Below are positions 1-9,565 of a stretch of DNA of 64,000 bases, piece after piece. The notes under the pieces were generated by a model that was given only the letters and a program-made list of their open reading frames with translations, searched no databases and had not been told where the DNA came from. The stretch's first letter is position 1; the number at the start of each line of letters is the position of its first letter. The stretch lies in contig OY759353.1 of NCBI GenBank assembly GCA_963662315.1, positions 3,328,001-3,392,000 of the forward strand, read 5' to 3'. The position numbers were made by a program, and so were the translations under genes. The stretch is from Geopsychrobacteraceae bacterium. Its GTDB lineage: Bacteria; Desulfobacterota; Desulfuromonadia; Desulfuromonadales; Geopsychrobacteraceae.

Positions 1-10
1 GCAGCAATTT

Positions 11-415
11 GTGGCTGCAGACCTTCCATTTCTGACGCAGGAACGTAAGCAGCGGATCGTACGTGTCGAGCAAATTGTTTCCGACCCAGATGTCCCCGTC
101 AGTGAAAAACTACGTAAAACCCTTGAAGCGCTGATGGTTGAGGCCGATTACGGTCGGACCATTGAGGTGACGCGCGAGTCGATTCTGCTTGGTGAGACCG
201 CGACTTTGGTCAATGTGTTTCGCCTGGGGCGGCTGGGACTCTATTTTGAAACTCTGGATGAACAGCGTTGTGGCGTCTTCAATATGGCAGTCAACAGCTG
301 GCAGGAGCTGCCTGTCCATGACGGGAAAGGGATTCACGCCGCGCTGGAAATTGGAGCCAAGCGGAGACCGGCCGAATTGGTGGCCCTCCCGCTGGGAAGG
401 CTGGTGCAGCAATGA
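11..415 (+). CDS. DUF3450 family protein (5' end probably upstream of window)
   Basis: DLPFL..ER..R, EK.R..LEAL..EADYG and RLGRLGLYF.TLD motifs; first gene of an exbB-exbB-exbD-tonB-TPR operon. Confidence 0.8.
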   Translation: MAADLPFLTQERKQRIVRVEQIVSDPDVPVSEKLRKTLEALMVEADYGRTIEVTRESILLGETATLVNVFRLGRLGLYFETLDEQRCGVFNMAVNSWQELPVHDGKGIHAALEIGAKRRPAELVALPLGRLVQQ

Positions 416-1839
416 AGACATGGCTGGGCTGGATGCTTTTAGCTGCCCTTTTCTCTTCGCTTTTGGTTGTGGAAGCTGCGGGGCAGGATATGCGTTTTGT
501 GCAGCAGCAGGTTCAGGAACAGCGGTTGCAGCTCGAAGCTCAGGCTGCTGCAGAAAAGCGCACTGCCGAGGAAGAACGTCGCCAACGGCTTGCGCAGATC
601 AGCCAGGACCGAACGGTTCTTAACCGCGAAATGGCCGACCTGGAAAGCCAGGTTAAGCAACTCCGGCAGCAGGTCAGTGGGCTGGCCGGGACTATCAGTG
701 ACCTGCAGCAGCAAGACCAGGAGCTGACCAATATGCTGGCAAAAACCGATGCTCTGCTGCGCGAAACGATTGGTGTTGTTCGTCTTAATGCGAAAGACCT
801 GCTCTCTGTGTTGCGTGACGATCCACAAAGCGGCGTGCAAGTAGCACATACGCAGGTGCTGGAGGGAATTGTCGAGCAGGCGCACTTTCCTGCGATGGCC
901 GATATTCGCATGATGGCCGATCTGGTATTTGCCCAGCTGCGCAGCAGTGGTGAGGTTGAGCTGCATAGCGCAGAAATTATTGACCGCTCCGGTTTTAAGC
1001 GTGAGGCCCGGGTCCTGACTCTGGGCCCTTTTCCCCCACTCTACCAGCTCGATGGGGACGTTGGCTTTTTAGATTACTCTACTGTTGACGCCAGTCTGAC
1101 CGCTTTATCACGGCAGCCAGGAAGACGGCAACAGCGGCAGATAGCCGCCTATTTGCAGGGCGAGAGCGACATGGTCCCGGTTGATGTATCGCGGGGTGGT
1201 GCCTTACGTCAGTTAGCCCACCGCCTCAGTTTGTGGCAACAGGTTGAACGGGGGGGAATTTTGGTCTGGCCGATCATGGCGATTCTGCTTGTGGGCGGAC
1301 TGATTATCATTGAGCGAGTGGTGTTTCTGCTGCGCAAGCGAGGCAACGGAGATCGTTTACTCGCAGATATCGAACGTCTTGCTGAACAGGGGGATTGGGC
1401 AGCTTGCCAGCAGGTGTGCAGTGTGCAAGCGCGTAAACCGGTCGCCAGGGTCTTGCAGGCGGGATTGCAGTCCTGCAGTCGCTCGCGGGCCGATCTGGAA
1501 GATCATCTGCAGGAAGCGATTCTGCGTGAAATTCCCCCCTTGGAGCGTTTCCTCGCGGCACTGGGCATGCTGGCCGCCATTGCGCCGCTGCTTGGCCTGC
1601 TCGGTACCGTCACTGGTATGATTGATACCTTCCAGGTTATGACCCAATTCGGCACCGGTGATCCGCGCCTGATGTCCGGCGGTATTTCCGTAGCCCTGGT
1701 GACAACCATGCTGGGGCTGATGGTGGCTATTCCAATTATGCTGGCTCATACCCTGTTAGCTAGGGCAGTGGAAAATGCCATCGCTCAGCTGGAAGAAAAG
1801 GCGGTCGCTCTGGTCAATATCATGCAGAAAAGCAGGTGA
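412..1839 (+). CDS. Large MotA/TolQ/ExbB proton channel protein (TtpC-like) with N-terminal coiled coil
   Basis: Signal-like N-terminus, coiled coil, C-terminal IAPLLGLLGTVTGMI..GGISVALVTT motif. Confidence 0.9.
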   Translation: MKTWLGWMLLAALFSSLLVVEAAGQDMRFVQQQVQEQRLQLEAQAAAEKRTAEEERRQRLAQISQDRTVLNREMADLESQVKQLRQQVSGLAGTISDLQQQDQELTNMLAKTDALLRETIGVVRLNAKDLLSVLRDDPQSGVQVAHTQVLEGIVEQAHFPAMADIRMMADLVFAQLRSSGEVELHSAEIIDRSGFKREARVLTLGPFPPLYQLDGDVGFLDYSTVDASLTALSRQPGRRQQRQIAAYLQGESDMVPVDVSRGGALRQLAHRLSLWQQVERGGILVWPIMAILLVGGLIIIERVVFLLRKRGNGDRLLADIERLAEQGDWAACQQVCSVQARKPVARVLQAGLQSCSRSRADLEDHLQEAILREIPPLERFLAALGMLAAIAPLLGLLGTVTGMIDTFQVMTQFGTGDPRLMSGGISVALVTTMLGLMVAIPIMLAHTLLARAVENAIAQLEEKAVALVNIMQKSR

Positions 1840-1842
1840 ACG

Positions 1843-2454
1843 ATGGGAGACTGGGTACAACAGTATGGCTTTATCCTGGAGGACTATCTCGACAGCGGTG
1901 GGGTGACCATGGTGCCGCTGTTGCTGGCCTGCCTGGTGATGTGGGCGTTGATTATTGATCGCCTGCTGTTTTACCGGCGCTTACGCCGTTGGCGTGAACC
2001 GGTCGCAAAGGAATTGAACGGGTCTCCTCAGCATGGGATGCAGGCGTTGCTGCTGAGCGAATGTGCAGAAGTCAGCAGCAATTGGGACGCGGTGAGCGAT
2101 CACGTCGATGCTGTGGCGGGGCGCTATAGACAACGCTTGACTGCGTTGTTGCCCCTGATTGGAGTGCTGGCAGCGACGGCTCCTCTGCTGGGACTGTTGG
2201 GAACTGTTATTGGCATGATGACGACCTTCGATGTCCTGGCCCTGTTCGGCACCGGTAATGCCAGAGCCTTGGCCAGCGGTATTTCCGAAGCGTTGATCAC
2301 GACGCAGAGTGGACTTTTGGTCGCAATTCCAGGCTTTTACATGAAAAGTTTCCTGGATCGTCGCGCCGGGGAATTGCAGCAGCAATTGACGCTGGCAACC
2401 TATTGGTTGAAGCAGCAGGGAGGACAGGTGGTGCAGGAGAGGGGTCATGATTAA
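1843..2454 (+). CDS. exbB: MotA/TolQ/ExbB proton channel protein
   Basis: APLLGLLGTVIGM and GISEALITTQSGL motifs. Confidence 0.9.
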   Translation: MGDWVQQYGFILEDYLDSGGVTMVPLLLACLVMWALIIDRLLFYRRLRRWREPVAKELNGSPQHGMQALLLSECAEVSSNWDAVSDHVDAVAGRYRQRLTALLPLIGVLAATAPLLGLLGTVIGMMTTFDVLALFGTGNARALASGISEALITTQSGLLVAIPGFYMKSFLDRRAGELQQQLTLATYWLKQQGGQVVQERGHD

Positions 2455-2860
2455 CATCACCGCGCAGCGTCGCAGTAAACGCGATAGTGTCGATCTGAAT
2501 ATGGCACCCCTTATCGACATGGTGTTTATCCTGCTGATATTTTTTCTGGTGACTACCTCCTTTGTCAAAGAGACCGGCATCGAAGTCCAGCGGCCGACGG
2601 CAGCAAGTGCCGCGAGCCAGAACAAGACCACCATCATGCTGGCCATATCGCCTCAGAACCAAGTGTTTATGGACCATCGTGAAATCGATATCCGGGCGGT
2701 GCGGGCTAACGTGGAACGGGCTCTGGCCGAAAGCCCGGACAGTTCCGTGGTGGTTGTCGCAGACCGGGATAGCAGTACCGGCATTGCTGTGCAGGTCATG
2801 GACGGTTGTCGTCTGGCCGGGGCTGTCAATGTGGCGCTGGCAGCAGAGCTGCAACAGTGA
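2447..2860 (+). CDS. exbD: Biopolymer transport protein ExbD
   Basis: LNMAPLIDMVFILLIFFLVT motif. Confidence 0.95.
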   Translation: MINITAQRRSKRDSVDLNMAPLIDMVFILLIFFLVTTSFVKETGIEVQRPTAASAASQNKTTIMLAISPQNQVFMDHREIDIRAVRANVERALAESPDSSVVVVADRDSSTGIAVQVMDGCRLAGAVNVALAAELQQ

Positions 2861-2878
2861 TAGTGGAGATCCATATAG

Positions 2879-3595
2879 GTGCAGATATTCAAACTTCAAA
2901 TGGATGACTCATTTGCCTGGCGGCAGGCCTGGTCCGGTCAGGCCAGGAGCCACTTGCTGGCAGTTTTAAGCGCACTGGCTGTGACCTTTGTCCTGTTTGC
3001 CGTGGTGCCGCTGATTCTGCACCCTGGAATGATTTCCGACGTGACACCGACAACTGCCAGGCCGGTAACGGTTGTCAGGCTGCCCAGGCAGGAAAAGCCT
3101 GTCCGGCCTCTGGTGCAGCCCGCTACCCAAGCCGCAACCAAGCAGGTCAAAAACATACCGTCACCGCAGCCTGTGCAACCGCAGTTGACCAGGCCGTTGG
3201 ACTTACCCTTTGAACTGGCGCCCCAGCTCCCGGATCTGCCGGCTGTCAGTCTGCCCCAGGTTGATCAGGTTCACCTCGTCGCTAGCGATTTTGCCGTTCC
3301 AGACGTTTTTTCCAGTAGTGACCTTGATCAGCCGTTGCTTGCCCTGGTGCGGCAACAGCCGCTTTACCCCTTGTTTGCAAAGCAGCGGCGGGTACAGGGG
3401 CAGGTACGGGTGCGTTTCGTGGTGACCAAAAACGGCGGGGTCGAACAGATATCGGTTATTAAGGCCAGTCCTGCGGGAGTTTTTGAGGAGAGTGTCATCA
3501 GGTGCGTGAGTGGTTGGCGTTTCCGGCCGGGGACTGTTGATGGTCTTGCTGTGGATAGTTGGGCGGAAACGACGATCAGTTTTGTGTTGAAGTAG
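2879..3595 (+). CDS. tonB: Energy transducer TonB
   Basis: Single TM, Pro-rich linker, C-terminal YP..A....QG.V.V.F..WRFRP domain. Confidence 0.9.
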   Translation: MQIFKLQMDDSFAWRQAWSGQARSHLLAVLSALAVTFVLFAVVPLILHPGMISDVTPTTARPVTVVRLPRQEKPVRPLVQPATQAATKQVKNIPSPQPVQPQLTRPLDLPFELAPQLPDLPAVSLPQVDQVHLVASDFAVPDVFSSSDLDQPLLALVRQQPLYPLFAKQRRVQGQVRVRFVVTKNGGVEQISVIKASPAGVFEESVIRCVSGWRFRPGTVDGLAVDSWAETTISFVLK

Positions 3596-3749
3596 TGTCG
3601 GCGGAAACAGGTGGGGCGAGACAGACCTTCGACCAATGTGACTTGAGTTCAAATATATCGCTGGATACATGCAAATAAGTGTTACGGGTAGTCAAATGAA
3701 CAGATATTGCAGCGTTAAAGAGCGTAGTGCATGTCAGGATGGAGGATTT

Positions 3750-5072
3750 ATGATGAAAAAATTCATTCTGTTTATGGTCCTGGCGTCAATGACGTCCTTA
3801 ATCAAGGTTCCGGTCTGCAATGCCGCGGATTATAGTCATCTTCCGGTGCGGGTACGGATTGTTCTTGAACAGATCTCCCGCTTGCTGGAACAGGAAAACT
3901 ATGCCAGGGCCATCGCTGTACTCGAAAAGTTCCAACAGCACTGCGATAACGGAGCCTGCCAGGCCGATGATATTGCTGCTCTTGGTTATCATCATCCCCT
4001 GATCGATTTCTACCTGGGCAACTGCTACCTGCATGAGCAACAGTATGACCGGGCCACCCAGGCTTATGGGGCGGCAGTGATCAAGGATAGCAATTTCATG
4101 GCTGCATGGCGCAATCTGGCGAAAGCTTATTTTGAGCAGCAGAACTATGATGATGCGGCACGCTGTTTTCTCGCCTGTGCTGAAAAAGCAACTGATCATC
4201 AGGTCAATGATCGCTATTACGCGGCGGTTTCCTATGTGTTGGCCCATCGCTACCATGATGCCGTGAGGCAATTTGACAAACTGCTGGAAATTCACCCGGA
4301 CCCCTTGCCCCTGGACTGGAAAGAACAGCTGGTTCAGGCCTTCATCGCCGCCGGTCAGGAACGGCGGGCACTCCCCTATCTGCAGGAACTGATCGCCGAA
4401 GCGCAGGGTGAACAGCAGAAAAAGTGGCGGGAGATTCTTCTCTATCAATATCTGCAACTCGATATGCTTACTGAAGCCAGAAGTTACGCCAAGCAGCTGA
4501 CCCATGCTGACTGTACCTGCCCGGTATGGTGGAAAGCTCTGGCGCATATCGAACTGGCCTATCAGCATGATGAAGATGCCCTTGCTGCTTTAACCATTTA
4601 CCGCTATCTGACTCCCCAGTCTGAAAATGAGAAAAAACTCTGGGCCGATCTCAATCTGCAGCTCAACCTGCCACGTCAGGCGGCGGCAGAATATCTGAAA
4701 TTGTTAAAAGGAAAACCGGATGAACAGATTGTGCAGAATCTGGTGTTGGCCTACCGTCATCTTGGTCAGGAGGATAAAGCCCTCGAACAACTTGAACATT
4801 ATCTGCCCGCTTTAAATTCGGCGGGTCTGCTCATGCTGAAGGCAGATCTGCTCTATTCACTGGAACGCTTTGCTGAAGCTGCGGCTGTGTATCGCCAAGT
4901 GGCCCGTGTTGATAGCGATCAGGCGGGAAAAGCCTGGTTGATGGCTGGTTACGCCGCCTGGCATGATGACGATATCCGCTCAAGTCAGATGGCGTTTGAT
5001 AATGCCGCCGCAACCAGAGAGCAGCGCAGTGCGGCGTTGGCAGCGTTGAAACAATTATCGCAACTTAATTAG
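3750..5072 (+). CDS. TPR-repeat exported protein of the TonB operon
   Basis: GGAGG RBS before ATG 3750 (ORF track starts at 3669); signal peptide; TPR-like helices. Confidence 0.85.
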   Translation: MMKKFILFMVLASMTSLIKVPVCNAADYSHLPVRVRIVLEQISRLLEQENYARAIAVLEKFQQHCDNGACQADDIAALGYHHPLIDFYLGNCYLHEQQYDRATQAYGAAVIKDSNFMAAWRNLAKAYFEQQNYDDAARCFLACAEKATDHQVNDRYYAAVSYVLAHRYHDAVRQFDKLLEIHPDPLPLDWKEQLVQAFIAAGQERRALPYLQELIAEAQGEQQKKWREILLYQYLQLDMLTEARSYAKQLTHADCTCPVWWKALAHIELAYQHDEDALAALTIYRYLTPQSENEKKLWADLNLQLNLPRQAAAEYLKLLKGKPDEQIVQNLVLAYRHLGQEDKALEQLEHYLPALNSAGLLMLKADLLYSLERFAEAAAVYRQVARVDSDQAGKAWLMAGYAAWHDDDIRSSQMAFDNAAATREQRSAALAALKQLSQLN

Positions 5073-5081
5073 TTTTCATCC

Positions 5082-5200
5082 GGAAACGGCCCTTTTCGCT
5101 GTGGCGGTGTCAATCTTCGGTCTTGTTTGTGCGGCGTAAAGCATTACGCCTCCGCATAAGACCTTGGTTTTCTTGCCACAACGAAAAATTGCTCGTTTCC
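5082..5200. repeat. MITE/REP-like intergenic element, copy 1
   Basis: Starts GGAAACGGCCCTTTT, ends CGAAAAATTGCTCGTTTCC (imperfect terminal inverted repeat); internal TTGTTTGTGCGG shared with copy 2. Confidence 0.8.
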
Positions 5201-5607
5201 AATCTGAAAACTTACTCGTTGGAAGCTGATTTTTCCCGCTCTGCAGTTTAATTTTTTCTTCCAGAGGGGAAAAGGTGCCAAAGGGCGGATGTAGGTTATT
5301 TGGACTGCTTTTGCTCCCCCTGCCCTGGCCAAATTTTCAAGTTGAAATACGAAGTAATTTCCAGGACTGCAATACCGATCAGCCCTTCAATAATTCGGGT
5401 TTTCTGTATCAGGATTGAGTCGATAATTGCTGAAATCCCCAATCTAAAGAGTTATCGGACCACCAGACGCAAAATGAGACGTGTGTAGCAATTTGGTTCA
5501 GATTGCTACGGGAAAAATTTGTGCAGCACTGCTGGAAATATCTGGTCATAACAATCAGGGAGCCTTAAAGGCCAGTATTTATGCCGATTTTCATATGACA
5601 GCCGAAA

Positions 5608-5623
5608 TGGCATTCTATTTGCT
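5608..5623 (+). promoter_or_regulatory. sigma54 -24/-12 promoter
   Basis: TGGCATTCTATTTGCT (GG-N10-GC). Confidence 0.75.
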
Positions 5624-5959
5624 AATAAGGATGTCATGAATATTTGATGACCGGTGATTTTCACTGGAATCTAATGCGTACGTGGGATGTTGGTCAATTA
5701 AGTGCTTATCCGAAATTTTCGGGGGCGATGAAGTCGGTTTTCATCTCAGAAGCGCATTGTTTCCGAATGAAAACGAAGAAGTGTCCTGAAGCGGGTCCGA
5801 GGTCCGCCGGACTGGTTTCGGGAACCATTGGTTGTGACAGCTTGCCTGAACCTCTACTACTACTACGCCATGGTGGGTTGGGTAAGCTGTTACACCAATT
5901 TTATGTCAACGGATTGTGTGTAACGCAATCAACTAATGCTATCAAATAAGGAGATCGCT

Positions 5960-6094
5960 ATGTGTTTTCGTCCTGGTGGGGTTGAAAAACCGCAAGAGTG
6001 CCCAAAATGTGGAAAGAAACTGGTTGCCTTGGGTGGAGTAAAGCAAAAGGTTTGCCCTTTCTGCAAAACTCCTCTCGATCAAGAGGCAAAATAA
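5960..6094 (+). CDS. 44-aa Zn-ribbon-like mini-protein MCFRPGGVEKPQECPKCGKKLVALGGVKQKVCPFCKTPLDQEAK (not in ORF track)
   Basis: AAGGAG RBS, two CxxC motifs, sigma54 promoter upstream, intrinsic terminator downstream. Confidence 0.85.
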   Translation: MCFRPGGVEKPQECPKCGKKLVALGGVKQKVCPFCKTPLDQEAK

Positions 6095-6133
6095 ATTTTT
6101 CCAAATTCATTGTTCATGCAATTGTTTGAACTG

Positions 6134-6162
6134 ACCACCCGGCCCGCTGGGTGGTTTTTTTT
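6134..6162 (+). terminator. Rho-independent terminator
   Basis: ACCACCCGG-CCCG-CTGGGTGGT followed by a T tract. Confidence 0.85.
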
Positions 6163-6168
6163 CTGTCT

Positions 6169-6268
6169 GGAAACGGCCCTTTTTCACAATCTTTGCGTTA
6201 GCCTGTGCCTTTGTTTGTGCGGTGCAAAGTCTTGGCATCCTTGATCTTGCGAAAAATTGCTCGTTTCC
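6169..6268. repeat. MITE/REP-like intergenic element, copy 2
   Basis: GGAAACGGCCCTTTTT...CGAAAAATTGCTCGTTTCC; same ends as 5082-5200, shorter interior. Confidence 0.8.
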
Positions 6269-6297
6269 AAATCAGAAACGTTTCCTTCTCTTTCCCC

Positions 6298-8925
6298 TTA
6301 CCCGGTATTGCGAATCCCCGCGGCAATTCCGGCGATGGTGATCATCATCGCCTGGGTCAGGGTGTTGTGATCATCAGTCGGGGGCTGGCTTCTGAAGCGC
6401 TTGAGCAGGATGATCTGCATCATGTGCAACGGGGCAAGGTACGATTCACGACGGCGGATCGAGGCCAGGTTCCAAGGGGCATCGTGCATCAGGCCTTCAC
6501 GCCCGGAGAAGGTGAGCAGAAAGTTGAGATCCTGCTTAAACTGGTCGCGCAGTTCGGCTCCGATATAGCGCAATGAATCTTCAACCAGATACTTTTCATA
6601 CATGGCGGAAATATTACCGTCAGCCTTGGTCAGTACCATTTCCAGCATACTCAGGCGGCTGCGGAAGAAAGGCCACGTTTCGGTCATCTGCTTGATGGTG
6701 TCCCCCTGCCCGGCCTCAGCCTGTTCTTTAATGGCCTGTGCCGCGCCCAACCAGGCGGGCAGGACCAGACGGTTCTGGGCCCAGGCAAAGATCCATGGAA
6801 TGGCGCGCAGACTGCCGATGCTGTCATCTTTTTTGCGTTTTGACGGGCGACTGCCCAGAGGCAAGTGAGCCAATTCCTGCTCCGGCGTTGCCTGGCGGAA
6901 GTAACGGACGAAGTCTTTATTGTCACGCACGAAAGACCGATAATGGCTGCAGGCGCGGTCTGATAGTTTATCCATCAGCGTGCGCCATTCGGCCTGCGGT
7001 TGTGGCGGCGGCATCACCAGTGCTTCGAGTATTGCATCGGCATACATTGCCAGACTCTTCTGGGCTACTTTGGTGGTGCCGAATTTCATACGAATGGTTT
7101 CGCCCTGTTCGGTCACCCGGAATCCGCCTTTGAGTGAGCCCGGTGGTTGCGAGAGGATCGCGGCATGAGCGGGTCCGCCGCCACGCCCGATGGTTCCGCC
7201 ACGGCCATGGAACAGGGTCAGCCTGACCCCCTGGCGGGCACACAGGGCAACCAATTTTTCCATTGCCTGATATTGCGCCCAGGCCGCAGAGAGAACCCCG
7301 GCATCCTTGGCTGAATCGGAATAACCGACCATGACGTACTGTTGGTTACCCATGTAGGCTTTATATTCGCGGCAACTGAACAGTTCGGCGACGACCCGCT
7401 CAGCTTGGTTCAAATCGTCCAGGGTTTCGAATAATGGTGCAATCGGAATTTTAAACGGTACTCCGGCGGCTTTAAGCAGTAGTTGCACGGCCAGTACATC
7501 ACTGACTTCACTGGCCATGGAAATAATATAAATCCCCACAGCTTCCTGGTCCTGTTTGGCCAGCAGACGCATGGTATCAATCACTTCCTGGGTTTCCGCA
7601 CTTGGCTGCCAATCGATGGGCAGGATGCTGCGGTTGTTCTTCAGCTCGTTTTTCAGGAAGGTAACTTTCTGTTTTTCTTCCCAGTGCAGATAATCGCCAA
7701 GGCCCAATGCCTGGGTAATTTCGGCAATGGCTTTAGCATGGAATTCAGAATCCTGGCGGAAATCGAGACGTACCAGAAAAATACCGAAACAGCGTGCGCG
7801 GATCAGGGTATCGAGCAGGCGGCCGTTGGCAACTGCACTCATATTGCATTCACATAAGGAACGGTAACAAAGTTCCAGAGGTTCGAGCAGCTGGCTGTTG
7901 CTGCTGATCACCCTGCTTTCGTCCCACTCGCCAGTTTTCATCAGCCTTTCCAGCTCGGTTCGACTGTCGGTGAGCAGGGCGCGTAATTCCTTCAGAAGCT
8001 GACGATAAGGCTCTTCGACCGGTCCAGTGATTCTGATCAGATCGGTGCTGGCTTTCCACATGGAGAGTTCATCGATCAACGCTTTGACATCGCGCAAGAA
8101 CAACTCGGCCGCTTGCCAGCGGGCCCGCAAGGTGACCGAACGGGTCATTTTGGCGGTTACAAAGGGGTTGCCATCGCGGTCTCCGCCCATCCACGATGAG
8201 AAGCGGATCGGGCAGAATTCCTGCGGCAGCTCTATGCCGAGCTGATCGTGAATTTTGTTCTTGAGGCCTTTGACAAAGCGGGGCACGGCATTCCACAGTG
8301 GCTGCTCAATAACCGCGAAGCCCCATTTGGCTTCGTCAAGGGGCGTTGGGCGTTGAGGGCGGATTTCATTGGAATACCAGCTTTGGATAAACAGGTCTTC
8401 CAAACGTCTGGTGGTCGCCCGGTTGCTGGTACCGAAGGGTTTGTCACGCAGGCAGTGGTTGATTTCATTATACTTCTGAATCATGCTGCGGCGCAGAACC
8501 TCGGTGGGGTGGGCGGTGAGGACCAGATCAATATGCAGGTCCTCTATCGCTTCACGAATGCGAACCGGGTCAATACCGCTGTTTTTCAGGCGGATAATCA
8601 GACCGGCATCGTCATTGTTCTCGCTGGCAACCAGTTTTTCCCCTTCGGGGGTATTGAAAAATTCCTGCTCGGCGATATTGGCGAGGTTGAGAAATTTAGA
8701 AAAACCACGAGCAAAGACGAACAGGTCTTCGTCGCTGCAGGCTTCAAGCTTTTGCAGAAGTTTTTCATATCCGGCCATCTGACCGTCGCGTGAAGATTTG
8801 CCGAGTTCGCGAATCTCTTCAATACGGGTAACCATCTCGGGAGACTTGTCACGGGCAATGGTTTGCCCTAGCAGTGATCCGAGCTGTTGGATTTCCTGGT
8901 GTAACGCATCTGGTGATTTGTACAT
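6298..8925 (-). CDS. ppc: Phosphoenolpyruvate carboxylase
   Basis: VLTAHPT, WMGGDRDGNP, MVGYSDSAKD, FHGRGG and LRAIPW motifs, C-terminal RNTG; ATG 8925 follows AAGGA (ORF track starts at 9027). Confidence 0.97.
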   Translation of the reverse strand: MYKSPDALHQEIQQLGSLLGQTIARDKSPEMVTRIEEIRELGKSSRDGQMAGYEKLLQKLEACSDEDLFVFARGFSKFLNLANIAEQEFFNTPEGEKLVASENNDDAGLIIRLKNSGIDPVRIREAIEDLHIDLVLTAHPTEVLRRSMIQKYNEINHCLRDKPFGTSNRATTRRLEDLFIQSWYSNEIRPQRPTPLDEAKWGFAVIEQPLWNAVPRFVKGLKNKIHDQLGIELPQEFCPIRFSSWMGGDRDGNPFVTAKMTRSVTLRARWQAAELFLRDVKALIDELSMWKASTDLIRITGPVEEPYRQLLKELRALLTDSRTELERLMKTGEWDESRVISSNSQLLEPLELCYRSLCECNMSAVANGRLLDTLIRARCFGIFLVRLDFRQDSEFHAKAIAEITQALGLGDYLHWEEKQKVTFLKNELKNNRSILPIDWQPSAETQEVIDTMRLLAKQDQEAVGIYIISMASEVSDVLAVQLLLKAAGVPFKIPIAPLFETLDDLNQAERVVAELFSCREYKAYMGNQQYVMVGYSDSAKDAGVLSAAWAQYQAMEKLVALCARQGVRLTLFHGRGGTIGRGGGPAHAAILSQPPGSLKGGFRVTEQGETIRMKFGTTKVAQKSLAMYADAILEALVMPPPQPQAEWRTLMDKLSDRACSHYRSFVRDNKDFVRYFRQATPEQELAHLPLGSRPSKRKKDDSIGSLRAIPWIFAWAQNRLVLPAWLGAAQAIKEQAEAGQGDTIKQMTETWPFFRSRLSMLEMVLTKADGNISAMYEKYLVEDSLRYIGAELRDQFKQDLNFLLTFSGREGLMHDAPWNLASIRRRESYLAPLHMMQIILLKRFRSQPPTDDHNTLTQAMMITIAGIAAGIRNTG

Positions 8926-9243
8926 GAGAAATAATCCTTGAGAAGAAAGAAGAGCAAAGGGTGTGCTGATCTCGGATAAAAGAGGGTTTGTTCTTTCAGT
9001 TATAGCAACTCCGCAGGGAGATGACAAGATTTGGAAAATTTCTCCATATATGGATAGCGCTGTGGCGGAATCTGACTATTGTTTCTTGCCCCAAAAGCAC
9101 AAATACCGCTGAGAATGAAAAAGAGAGGGGAGCCTGAGCAGGCAAACCATCAGATCTGGACCTTCTTTTTCAGTTGACATAGTCTCAAGCGGATTATTCA
9201 TGCTAAGATAGCGTTTCAATGGAACGTTTTTGAGGGAGGTCAT

Positions 9244-9438
9244 ATGACTTCAGGTATCACGAACTTAACTTCTGCACCGAGTTATAATCTGGCTTCGGGT
9301 TACACGTCGGCCCTGTCGGGTGTGCGGGGCAGCTTAAATCAGCAGGAGCAGAACGGCCAGGCAGCTCTCTCGCTGATTGATGCTGCAGCCGTTGCGGTTG
9401 ATCCCACCGCCGGTCAGATTATCGATATCTATGCCTGA
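9244..9438 (+). CDS. Small protein, YjfB/putative motility protein-like
   Basis: GGAGGT RBS; C-terminal GQIIDIYA motif typical of this family. Confidence 0.6.
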   Translation: MTSGITNLTSAPSYNLASGYTSALSGVRGSLNQQEQNGQAALSLIDAAAVAVDPTAGQIIDIYA

Positions 9439-9565
9439 CAGCATTTTCACCTTGATGTTTTTTGGCCGGTCGTAATGAGTATCAGAAATCGGTCTATTGC
9501 CTTATAAGCCGACCAGAACGGCTGTTATGCTGATATTTTCCCAGGACAAGGCAAATCCTTCTGGC

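Noticed and set aside
5644..5949. 101-aa ORF in the leader region
   Set aside because: No convincing RBS or recognisable motif; the 44-aa ORF at 5960 has an RBS, motifs and a terminator.
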